64,000 nt of DNA from Pseudomonadota bacterium (GTDB taxonomy: Bacteria; Pseudomonadota; Gammaproteobacteria; Burkholderiales; SG8-39). The notes under the pieces are model-generated. The model was not told the origin of the DNA, did no database searches, and worked only from the letters and a program-made list of their open reading frames with translations. A program made the position numbers and the translations under genes. The DNA lies in contig JANMDK010000353.1 in the NCBI GenBank assembly GCA_031376265.1, positions 16,193-80,192 on the forward strand. Direction: 5' to 3'. Below are positions 51,318 through 62,967 of the stretch, one piece after another (the first letter of the stretch is position 1; every line of letters starts with the position of its first letter).

Positions 51318-52583
51318 ATGAGCACGTCACCGGAATTGTCGGCGGTCTATGCCTCTGCCAGCCGCCTTGTCGCCGCGGTGGCGAAAGGAGGCAGCCTAGC
51401 AGCGCGTCCGGATGCATTTGGCGCGAGCGGGCCGCTTCGGGGCGCCACCATGGCCATGGTCTATGGCACTTTGCGCGACTTCGGCCGCGGGGACGCGATC
51501 CTCTCGCACCTGGCCCAGCGAGGCGTGGCCGATAACCAGTTGCGCGCGCTTCTCTTGTGCGCTTTCCGCTCGATCGAATCGGGAACCTACGCAGGCCACG
51601 TGGCGGTCGACCAGGCGGTCGAAGCCTGCACCCGCATCCGCAAGCCCAGCGCAAAGCGATTCGTGAACGGCGTGCTGCGCACGTATTTGCGCGAACGCCC
51701 GGGCATCGAGGAAAAAATTTCCGCCAATCCGGTTGCGCGATGGCGGCATCCGGCTTGGTGGATCGAAGCCGTGCGCAACGCCTACCCGGACCGCTGGGAA
51801 GCCGTGCTCGGCGCAGGGAACCAGCACCCGCCGCTCGGGCTGCGCGTGAACCAGCGCCGCGTGCGCGAGGAAGATTACCTCGCGCGGCTTAAAGCGGAGG
51901 GCCTGGAAGCGAGGCAGCTGGAAGATGGCGCGCTCGTCCTCGACAAACCCGTCGGGGTGGATCGATTGCCCGGTTTCGCGGACGGCGACGTGTCGGTGCA
52001 GGATGCCGGCGCGCAGCGCGCCGCGCGCTATCTCGACCTCGTCGACGGCCAGCGCGTGCTGGACGCGTGCGCCGCGCCTGGCGGAAAAGCGGGGCAGATG
52101 CTGGAACTCGCCGCGATCGACTTGCTGGCCCTCGACTCGGACGCGGCGCGTTGCGCGCGAATTGCGCAAAATTTCGAGCGACTGGGGTTGCAGGGCCGCA
52201 TCAAGGCGGCCGATTGCTCGCGTGTCGAGGACTGGTGGGATGGCCGGGAGTTCGATCGCGTCCTCGCCGACGTGCCCTGCAGCGCCTCGGGGATTGCGAG
52301 GCGCCACCCGGACATCAAGTGGCTGCGGCGCCCGGGTGACCCCGCGCGCTTTGCGGCCGTCCAGCGCCGCATCCTAGATGCCCTGTGGCGGGTGCTGGCC
52401 CCGGGTGGTAAATTGCTCTACGTAACGTGCACGGTATTCCCAGAGGAGAATGCCGCGGTCGTGGATGCGTTCTGCGCACAGCAGCCGGCGGCCCGCAGAC
52501 TCGAGCTTCCAGGCAAGGCGCCGGCGCAGCTGCTGCCGGGCGCCGATAACGACGGCTTCTATTTCGCTCTCCTGCAAAAATAA
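51318..52583 (+). CDS. rsmB: 16S rRNA (cytosine967-C5)-methyltransferase
   Basis: 421 aa. DACAAPGGK and DVPCSASG motifs. The start abuts the fmt stop. Confidence 0.93.
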   Translation: MSTSPELSAVYASASRLVAAVAKGGSLAARPDAFGASGPLRGATMAMVYGTLRDFGRGDAILSHLAQRGVADNQLRALLLCAFRSIESGTYAGHVAVDQAVEACTRIRKPSAKRFVNGVLRTYLRERPGIEEKISANPVARWRHPAWWIEAVRNAYPDRWEAVLGAGNQHPPLGLRVNQRRVREEDYLARLKAEGLEARQLEDGALVLDKPVGVDRLPGFADGDVSVQDAGAQRAARYLDLVDGQRVLDACAAPGGKAGQMLELAAIDLLALDSDAARCARIAQNFERLGLQGRIKAADCSRVEDWWDGREFDRVLADVPCSASGIARRHPDIKWLRRPGDPARFAAVQRRILDALWRVLAPGGKLLYVTCTVFPEENAAVVDAFCAQQPAARRLELPGKAPAQLLPGADNDGFYFALLQK

Positions 52584-52587
52584 TTCG

Positions 52588-53226
52588 ATGCGCGCGTTGC
52601 TCGGCTCCTGCCTCAAGCTGGTGTTGGTGCTCGCGCTGCTCGCAAGCGCGCCGTCCGCGCGTGCCGACGACATCGAGCTGCTGGAAGCGCGGCTCGAGCA
52701 CGGCGAGGAAGGCGTCGTCCTCAACGCCGATTTCGCGTTCGACTTCAATGCCCGGCTGGAGCAGGCGGTCACCAACGGCGTGCCGCTCTACTTCGTGGTC
52801 GAGTTCGAGCTGACGCAGCCGCGCTGGTACTGGTTCGACGAAAAGACCGCGACGCGCAGGCGGCAGACGCGCCTTTCGTATCACGCGCTTTCGCGGCACT
52901 ACCGGCTCTCGTCGGGCCTGCTGCAGCAAAATTACGCCTCGCTCGGCGAGGCGCTCGCGGTCCTGCGCCGCGTGCGCAACTGGGTCGTGCTGGAGCGGAA
53001 CGTGCCGCTGTCCGACGCGAACTACCAGGCCGCGGTGCGTATGCGGCTCGACCTGAGCCTGCTGCCGAAGCCGTTTCAGGTCAGCGCGCTGACGAGCCGC
53101 GAATGGCATCTCGAATCCGACTGGCGGAAGTTTGCATGGCGGCCCGGTCCGGTGCCGGCGCCTGGCACGCCGTTGCCGCCGCAGGGCGCCCCGCCCGCTG
53201 ACCGCCGCGAGGAGGCGCCCAAGTGA
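52588..53226 (+). CDS. DUF4390-type periplasmic protein
   Basis: Start MRALLGS at 52588. Signal peptide. Conserved position between rsmB and ntrY. Confidence 0.75.
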   Translation: MRALLGSCLKLVLVLALLASAPSARADDIELLEARLEHGEEGVVLNADFAFDFNARLEQAVTNGVPLYFVVEFELTQPRWYWFDEKTATRRRQTRLSYHALSRHYRLSSGLLQQNYASLGEALAVLRRVRNWVVLERNVPLSDANYQAAVRMRLDLSLLPKPFQVSALTSREWHLESDWRKFAWRPGPVPAPGTPLPPQGAPPADRREEAPK

Positions 53227-55346
53227 AAACGCTGCTGATCCTCGGCATCGCGCTCGCGGGCGTGCTCCTTTTCCTGCTTGCAACCGCCAGCGCGAACACT
53301 TCGCTTTTCGCCGCGCACTATTCGCTGCTGCTCGGGCTCAATGCGGTGCTCGCCGTCGCTCTGCTCGCGCTCGTGGGCTTCCAGCTCGCGTCGTTGCGGC
53401 GCCGCTTGCGCAGCCGGGTCTTCGGCTCGCGTCTGACGCTGCGGTTCCTCGTGCTCTTCGCGATGATGGCCGTGGTGCCCGGCGTGCTCGTCTACACCGT
53501 GTCGCTGCAGTTCCTCTCCAAGAGCATCGAATCCTGGTTCGACGTCAGCGTCGACAGCGCGCTCGAAGGCGGGATCAAGCTCGGCCAGGCCGCGGTGGAC
53601 CAGATGCTCGCCGAGCTCAACGTCAAGGCGCGCGCCATGGCCTCCGAATTGGCCGACCGCTCGGACAGCCAGCAGGTGGTCGCGTTAAATCGGCTCCGCC
53701 AGCAAGCGGGCGTGGATGACGCCGTGGTGGTCGCGGCCAACGGCCGGCTGGTGGCAAGCGCCAGCGACAACCTCGCGCAGCTCGTCCCGGAGCTGCCCAG
53801 TTCCCTGCAGTTGCGCCAGGCGCGCAGCAACCGGGGCGTTACGGCGATCGATGCGTTGCCCAACAAGCCGCTCGGCCTGCGCGCGATCGTGCCGATCGCG
53901 GCCTCGACGATTTCGGACGAGACGCGCTACCTGCAGCTGCGCCAGCCGGTGCCCGATTCGCTTGCCAGGAGCGCCGAGGCGGTCGAAGCCGTCTACAGCG
54001 ACTACCGCAAGCTCTCGCTTTCCCGGCAGGGGCTGAAGCGCAGCTATATCGTCACGCTGACCCTTGCATTGCTCATGGCCCTGTTTTCCGCTGTCGCGCT
54101 CGCTTTCATCCTTTCTGACAGGCTCTCCGCGCCGCTGTCCGAACTCGCGCAGGCCACGCAGGATGTCGCGCGGGGCGACTTTTCGAGGCACATGCCGGTC
54201 ACCAGCCGCGACGAGCTCGGCGTGCTGCTCGAATCGTTCAACAGCATGACGCGGCAGCTCGGCGAGGCGCGCGAAGTGGTCGAGTCCAATCGCCTGCAGC
54301 TCGAAACGGCCAAGGCACGCTTGGAGAACATCCTCGCCAACCTCTCGGCGGGCGTACTGGTGTTCGACCCCGAACTGCGCTTGTCGATCTTCAACCATGG
54401 CGCGGTCGCGATCCTCGGGCGGGAGCTTGGGGACCTCACCGGCAAGGGGCTCGGCGACTGGGAAGGCTTCGAGGCTTTTGCGATCCCCGTTCGCGAGGCG
54501 TTTGCCGCCCCCGGCGAGCGGAGCTGGCAGCTCGAGCTGGTGCTGCCCGGCAGCGGCAAGACGCTGCTCGCGCGCGGCACGCCGCTGCCGTCGGGCTACG
54601 TGCTCGTGTTCGATGACGTCACCCAGCTGATCCAGGCGCAGCGCGCAACAGCGTGGGCGGAAGTGGCGAGGCGCCTCGCGCACGAAATCAAGAACCCGCT
54701 TACGCCGATCCAGCTTTCGGCCGAGCGCCTCGAAATGAAGCTCATCGGCAAGCTCAACGCGGAAGATGGCGAAACGCTCAAGCGCGGCGCGCAGACGATC
54801 GTCAACCAGGTCGCCGCACTGAAAGCGATGGTCGACGATTTCCGCGACTACGCCCGCCTGCCGGCGCCGGTGCTCGCGGGGCTCGACCTCAACGCGCTGG
54901 TGACCGAAGTGCTGACTATGTATGAAACCTCGGGCGTGTCGATCCGCCGCAAGCTCGCACCCGGCCTGCCGCAGGTGCTCGCCGACTCGGCGCAGATCCG
55001 CCAGGTGCTGCACAACCTGGTGCAGAACGCGCAGGACGCGCTCGGCGCGGCCAAGACCCCGGGCTCGGCCATCGAAGTCCGCACCGAGCAGGCGGGCAAT
55101 GCGGGCGTGCGGCTGGTGGTCAGCGACAACGGCAGCGGCTTTCCCGAAGAGCTCATGGCGAGGATCTTCGAGCCGTATGTGACCACCAAGTCGAAAGGCA
55201 CCGGCCTGGGCCTGGCGATCGTCAAGAAGATCATCGACGAGCACCACGGCGAGATCTCCATCGACAACCGTCCGCGCCAGGGGGCCGCCGTGAGCATCGT
55301 GCTGCCGGTGGCCGGCGAAAACAACTCCACGGCCAAGGCCGCCTGA
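53223..55346 (+). CDS. ntrY: NtrY-like two-component sensor histidine kinase
   Basis: N-terminal TM helices and HAMP/PAS-like middle region. H-box LAHEIKNPLTPIQLSAERL. ATPase boxes HNLVQNAQDA, DNGSGFPEE and GTGLGLAIVKKI. GTGA overlap with the upstream stop. Confidence 0.88.
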   Translation: MKTLLILGIALAGVLLFLLATASANTSLFAAHYSLLLGLNAVLAVALLALVGFQLASLRRRLRSRVFGSRLTLRFLVLFAMMAVVPGVLVYTVSLQFLSKSIESWFDVSVDSALEGGIKLGQAAVDQMLAELNVKARAMASELADRSDSQQVVALNRLRQQAGVDDAVVVAANGRLVASASDNLAQLVPELPSSLQLRQARSNRGVTAIDALPNKPLGLRAIVPIAASTISDETRYLQLRQPVPDSLARSAEAVEAVYSDYRKLSLSRQGLKRSYIVTLTLALLMALFSAVALAFILSDRLSAPLSELAQATQDVARGDFSRHMPVTSRDELGVLLESFNSMTRQLGEAREVVESNRLQLETAKARLENILANLSAGVLVFDPELRLSIFNHGAVAILGRELGDLTGKGLGDWEGFEAFAIPVREAFAAPGERSWQLELVLPGSGKTLLARGTPLPSGYVLVFDDVTQLIQAQRATAWAEVARRLAHEIKNPLTPIQLSAERLEMKLIGKLNAEDGETLKRGAQTIVNQVAALKAMVDDFRDYARLPAPVLAGLDLNALVTEVLTMYETSGVSIRRKLAPGLPQVLADSAQIRQVLHNLVQNAQDALGAAKTPGSAIEVRTEQAGNAGVRLVVSDNGSGFPEELMARIFEPYVTTKSKGTGLGLAIVKKIIDEHHGEISIDNRPRQGAAVSIVLPVAGENNSTAKAA

Positions 55347-55349
55347 CCC

Positions 55350-56597
55350 ATGGCCCAGATCCTTGTCGTCGACGACGAAATCGGCATCCGCGAGTTGCTC
55401 TCGGAAATCCTTGCCGACGAGGGCCACCAGGTCGTGCTGGCGGAGAACGCCGGGGCCGCGCGGCGATTGCGCAGCGCGCAGCGGCCAGATCTCGTCCTCC
55501 TGGACATCTGGATGCCGGACACCGACGGGATCACGCTGCTCAAGGAATGGTCGGCCAACGGCCTGCTCACGATGCCCGTGGTGATGATGTCCGGCCATGG
55601 CACGATCGAGACCGCGGTCGAGGCCACGCGCATCGGCGCGCTCGACTACCTCGAAAAGCCGATCGCGCTGCAGCGCCTGCTCACCACGGTGAAACGGGCC
55701 TTGCGCAACCAGGACGTGCCGGTTTCGCACCGGCTTTCGCTTTCGGCGCTTGGACGCTCGGGCGTGCTCGGCGACCACAAGAAGCGCCTCGCACAGATCG
55801 CGCAGATCGGCACGCCGCTCATGCTGCGGGGCGAGCGGGGCATGCAGGCCGAAATGTTCGTGCGCCACCTGCTGTCGGCCGGCGCGCCGTTCGTGAGCGG
55901 CGAAGAAGCCCTCAACGATTCGCCTTCCGAAGTCCTTGCGCGCGCAGCCGGGGGCATCCTGTTCGTGCCCGACCTCATGCGCCTGTCGCGCAGCGAACAG
56001 AAGAACCTCGATTTCCTGCTGGCCCGGGCCGAGAAGCACAAGGCCCGCATCGTTTCGTTCTCGACCGTCGAGCCGCAGCGATTGGTGTCGGAGCACGACT
56101 TCGACGCCGACCTCGCGATCCGCCTTTCCGAGCTCGTGATCGCATTGCCGCCGGTGCGCGAGTTTGCGGAGGAAATCCCCGATATTGCCGCGCTGGTGCT
56201 GGCGCAGCTTGTCGAAGCGCGTGCCTGCCCGCCGCGCCGCCTGTCCACCGCTGCGCTGAACGCGCTTCGTCACCATGCGTGGTCCGGGAACCTCGCGCAG
56301 CTCGATGCGGTGGTCAGGAATCTCGCGCTGACCGGGCTGGAAGAGGAAGTCCAGCTGGCCGATGTCGAGCGCGTGCTGAGCGCGCTTTCCGGGCCGGTGG
56401 CCGCCGGCGAGCTGCCGCTGGATCAGCCCTACCGCGAGGCGCGCGACGCCTTCGAGCGGCTTTACTTCGAATACCAGCTCGCGCGCGAGAACGGCAGCAT
56501 GTCGCGCGTCGCCGACCGCACCGGCCTCGAGCGCACCCACCTGTATCGCAAGCTCAAGGCGCTCGGCTTGCCGGTCGGGCGGCGTGAAGAAAGCTGA
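55350..56597 (+). CDS. ntrX: NtrX-like response regulator (REC - degenerate AAA+ - Fis-type HTH)
   Basis: REC domain ILVVDDE...DLVLLDIWMPDTDG. C-terminal HTH SMSRVADRTGLERTHLYRKLKALG. The central domain is alignable to NtrC AAA+ but lacks the catalytic motifs. Confidence 0.85.
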   Translation: MAQILVVDDEIGIRELLSEILADEGHQVVLAENAGAARRLRSAQRPDLVLLDIWMPDTDGITLLKEWSANGLLTMPVVMMSGHGTIETAVEATRIGALDYLEKPIALQRLLTTVKRALRNQDVPVSHRLSLSALGRSGVLGDHKKRLAQIAQIGTPLMLRGERGMQAEMFVRHLLSAGAPFVSGEEALNDSPSEVLARAAGGILFVPDLMRLSRSEQKNLDFLLARAEKHKARIVSFSTVEPQRLVSEHDFDADLAIRLSELVIALPPVREFAEEIPDIAALVLAQLVEARACPPRRLSTAALNALRHHAWSGNLAQLDAVVRNLALTGLEEEVQLADVERVLSALSGPVAAGELPLDQPYREARDAFERLYFEYQLARENGSMSRVADRTGLERTHLYRKLKALGLPVGRREES

Positions 56598-56991
56598 ATC
56601 GAGCGGACGCCGGCAGGTCCCGGTGCACGTGGTCACCGGGCCGATGGCCGCGGAAGTGAGGGACCTGATCCTCAAGCTCTGCGAGCACCGGGCGGACTGG
56701 ATCGCGTTCGCCAACGCGAAGGCCGCCCCTGCCGTGCCGAACCTGCGCCCGTTGCCGCTCGGCTGTCCCTGCTGCACCGGCAAGCTCGCACTTCAGGTGG
56801 CGCTCGTGCGCGAATTGCGCGATCCGGCGGTGACCCGCGCATTCGTCGAGGTCGATCCTTCGCACGCTGCATCGCTCGAGCGGGCGCTCGCCCAACCGCC
56901 CTTCGATCTTTCGCTGAGCGCCGCAAGGCGCATCGAGCTGCCTCGCGACGAGGGCCTGCTGCCCGAGGGCATCGAGGAAGCGGCGCCGTAA
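56584..56991 (+). CDS. small hypothetical protein resembling a P-loop-less CobW/G3E N-terminal domain (CxCC motif)
   Basis: 135 aa, GTG start overlapping the ntrX end by 14 nt. VPVHVVTGP...WIAFANA...LGCPCCTG...AFVEVDP parallels CobW/YjiA (VTLLTGFLGAGKTT...IAVIENE...NGCICC...LVIECTG), but GAGKTT is absent. Confidence 0.55.
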   Translation: MKKAESSGRRQVPVHVVTGPMAAEVRDLILKLCEHRADWIAFANAKAAPAVPNLRPLPLGCPCCTGKLALQVALVRELRDPAVTRAFVEVDPSHAASLERALAQPPFDLSLSAARRIELPRDEGLLPEGIEEAAP

Positions 56992-57078
56992 CCACCGCCG
57001 GCCGTTGGCAGGAAAAGCGGGCCTCGTTATGATTGCCCGGTCACGGACCAGGCGCCCGCGCCGGCATAGAGAAAAATC

Positions 57079-58533
57079 ATGTTGCTCCAGTTCGTCATCC
57101 TCTACCTGATCGTTTCGATCGCCATCGGGCTTTATGCGGCGACCAAAGTAAAGAATTCCGCGGATTTCGTGGTCGCCGGCCGCCACCTGCCGCTGCCCTT
57201 CATCGTCGCCACCGTGTTCGCGACCTGGTTCGGGTCGGAAACGGTGCTGGGTATCCCCTCGAAATTCCTCAACGAAGGCCTCAAGGGCGTCGTGGCCGAC
57301 CCGTTCGGCTCTTCGATGTGCCTGATTTTCGTCGGCCTGTTTTTCGCGCGACCGCTGTATCGCATGGGCCTCTTGACGATCGGCGACTACTATCGCGCAC
57401 GTTACAACCGCTCGGTGGAGCTGGTGGCCGCGCTCTGCATCGTGATCTCGTATCTCGGCTGGGTCTCCGCGCAGGTTACTGCGCTCGGCCTTGTCTTCAA
57501 TGTGCTCACCGAGGGCGCGCTCGCGCCCTGGCAGGGCATGGTCATCGGCGTGGCGATCGTGCTGGTTTACACGCTTGCGGGTGGCATGTTCTCGGTCGCC
57601 TTCACCGACCTCTTCCAGATGCTCATCATCGGCGTCGGCATGGTGTACATCGCCGTCGTCGTGTCCGGCATGGCGGGCGGCGCCGGCGTCGTCGTCGAGC
57701 ATGCGCGAGCCGCCGGCAAGCTCGAGTTCTGGCCGGGCCTCGCGCCGCGCGACGTGATCGCCTTTGCCGCCGCCTGGATGACGATGGCGCTCGGCTCGAT
57801 CCCGCAGCAGGACGTCTTCCAGCGCGTCAGCGCCGCAAAAAACGAGAACACGGCAGCCCTGGGCTCGGTGCTCGGCGGCTCGATCTATTTCTTCTTCGCT
57901 TTCGTGCCGATGTTCCTTGCCTACTCGGCCACGATCATCGACCCGAAGATGGTCGCGGACCTCCTGGCCAAGGATTCGCAGCACATCCTGCCGCGCCTGA
58001 TCCTCGACCATGCGCCGTTCGCCGTGCAGGTGATGTTCTTCGGCGCGCTGCTGGCCGCGATCCTGTCCTGCTCGTCCGCCACGCTGCTAGCGCCTTCGGT
58101 GACTTTCGCCGAGAACGTGCTGCGCAATTTCTTCCCCAACATCACCGATCACCAGTTCCTGCGCATGCTGCGCATTGTCGTGCTTTGTTTTGCGATCGGC
58201 GTGCTGGTCTTCGCCATGACTTCGAATTCGACGATCTATGGCATGGTCGAGAACGCCTACAAGATCACGCTGGTGGCGGCTTTTACGCCGCTTGCCTTCG
58301 GGTTGTACTGGAAGCGCGCCACCACGCAGGGCGCGGCGGCGGCGATGGCGCTGGGGCTGGGGACGTGGCTGACGCTGGAGGTCCTTGCGCCGGACGGGTT
58401 CTTCCCGCCCCAGTTCGCGGGCTTGTTTGCAGCGATCTTCGGGATGGTCGCAGGCTCGTTGCTGCCGCAGTGGTACGCCGGCGCCTCAACGCACGGTGCC
58501 CGGCACGGGTTCGCGCCGGAACCTAAATCCTAG
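57079..58533 (+). CDS. sodium:solute symporter (SSF) family transporter
   Basis: 484-aa polytopic protein. N-terminal FVVAGRHLPLPFIVATVFATWFGSETVLG, typical of the SSF family. Confidence 0.85.
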   Translation: MLLQFVILYLIVSIAIGLYAATKVKNSADFVVAGRHLPLPFIVATVFATWFGSETVLGIPSKFLNEGLKGVVADPFGSSMCLIFVGLFFARPLYRMGLLTIGDYYRARYNRSVELVAALCIVISYLGWVSAQVTALGLVFNVLTEGALAPWQGMVIGVAIVLVYTLAGGMFSVAFTDLFQMLIIGVGMVYIAVVVSGMAGGAGVVVEHARAAGKLEFWPGLAPRDVIAFAAAWMTMALGSIPQQDVFQRVSAAKNENTAALGSVLGGSIYFFFAFVPMFLAYSATIIDPKMVADLLAKDSQHILPRLILDHAPFAVQVMFFGALLAAILSCSSATLLAPSVTFAENVLRNFFPNITDHQFLRMLRIVVLCFAIGVLVFAMTSNSTIYGMVENAYKITLVAAFTPLAFGLYWKRATTQGAAAAMALGLGTWLTLEVLAPDGFFPPQFAGLFAAIFGMVAGSLLPQWYAGASTHGARHGFAPEPKS

Positions 58534-58601
58534 ACATTCGCTTTCGAAGACTGGCTCCCTGATTGCCTCTCCTGGCAGTTAGTGTATCGGTACCAGTACA
58601 T

Positions 58602-58985
58602 TCATGGCGCACGGAATACCGCCCACGCGAACGCGCCCCACGCCAGCAGGAAAGCCGTCCCCCCCACGGGCGCCACCGCGCCCAGCCACTTTTCGCCCGT
58701 GATTGCGAGCACGTAGAGACTGCCTGAAAAGAGCGCGATGCCGACCACCATGAGCCAACCCGAAGCCCGCAAGAGAGCGCCGTCCGGCAAGTGGAAGAAC
58801 GCGAAGCCGACCAGCAGCAGCCCGAGCGAGTGATAGAAGTGGTACTGCGCTGCGGTCTGCCAGATCGCAAGCAGGTCTGGCGTCAATCGCGCCTTGAGTC
58901 CATGAGCGCCAAACGCCCCGAGCGCTACAGCCGCGAGCGCGAGCAAGCTGCCGAGCGAAAGAAAGAGCTTTGCACCGGCGGGCAT
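58602..58985 (-). CDS. DUF423 (YgdD/TMEM256) family membrane protein
   Basis: 127 aa. LGAFGAHGL...AAQYHFYHSLGLL motif. The start lies 7 nt after the metH stop. Confidence 0.85.
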   Translation of the reverse strand: MPAGAKLFLSLGSLLALAAVALGAFGAHGLKARLTPDLLAIWQTAAQYHFYHSLGLLLVGFAFFHLPDGALLRASGWLMVVGIALFSGSLYVLAITGEKWLGAVAPVGGTAFLLAWGAFAWAVFRAP

Positions 58986-58992
58986 TTACAAC

Positions 58993-62721
<3,729 letters not shown>

Positions 62722-62730
62722 TTCGGAACT

Positions 62731-62774
62731 CCGGAAAACAAAAAACCCGTTCAGCTTGCGCAAGAAACGGGTTT
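62731..62774 (-). terminator. intrinsic terminator inside the metH 5' leader
   Basis: On the minus strand: AAACCCGTT (62774-62766), 14-nt loop, AACGGGTTT (62751-62743), then TTTGTTTTCC. It ends on the metH Shine-Dalgarno. Confidence 0.75.
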
Positions 62775-62911
62775 CTCGTCTCTTTAGCGGCATTTGTTTG
62801 ACCGGCCCTGAACCTGGCCGGGCGCCCGCAAGCTGAACCTCAAATCGGCGCTGGCGCGCAATATGAGCGCGCACTAACCATATTGTCCCCGGCGCGCGCT
62901 GGCGGTGTCAA
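62775..62911 (-). promoter_or_regulatory. metH promoter and structured leader (candidate riboswitch/attenuator aptamer region)
   Basis: On the minus strand: TTGACA (62911-62906), 18-nt spacer, GACAAT (62887-62882), then three GC-rich hairpins. GTTCAGCTTGCG (62838-62827) is exactly complementary to CGCAAGCTGAAC (62760-62749) in the terminator. Confidence 0.5.
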
Positions 62912-62967
62912 CCTCGCACGTATAATCGCGGTCCGCTGCAAGGCTGGCTTCCGGCCCCATTCGCCCG

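Noticed and set aside
53685-56783. 1032-aa ORF on the minus strand opposite ntrY/ntrX
   Set aside because: It is antisense to two well-supported genes, with low-complexity Arg/Ala/Gly-rich translation and no motifs. It is a shadow ORF. The same reasoning applies to 60424-62787 (opposite metH), 41624-43495 (opposite gyrB), 56554-58011 (opposite the SSF transporter), 7548-9023 (opposite glpD), 11913-13541 (opposite atpA) and the many shorter antisense or off-frame ORFs in the track.
62722-62874. N-terminal extension of metH to the ORF-track start at 62874
   Set aside because: The extra 51 codons would be translated through a canonical intrinsic terminator and the GC hairpins. The conserved MetH N-terminus ([16 protein letters not shown]) starts right after GTG 62721, which has a GGAG at proper spacing.
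62722-62880. Assigning the metH leader to the SAH, cobalamin or ZTP riboswitch class
   Set aside because: I could not find the conserved cores I recall for these classes (GAGGAGCGCUGC/AACGGCGCUCAC, B12 box and GCCACUG, CCGCCUGGGC). Only vague resemblance exists (GAGG..., CAGG..., UCAAAC). I left it unassigned pending a covariance-model search.
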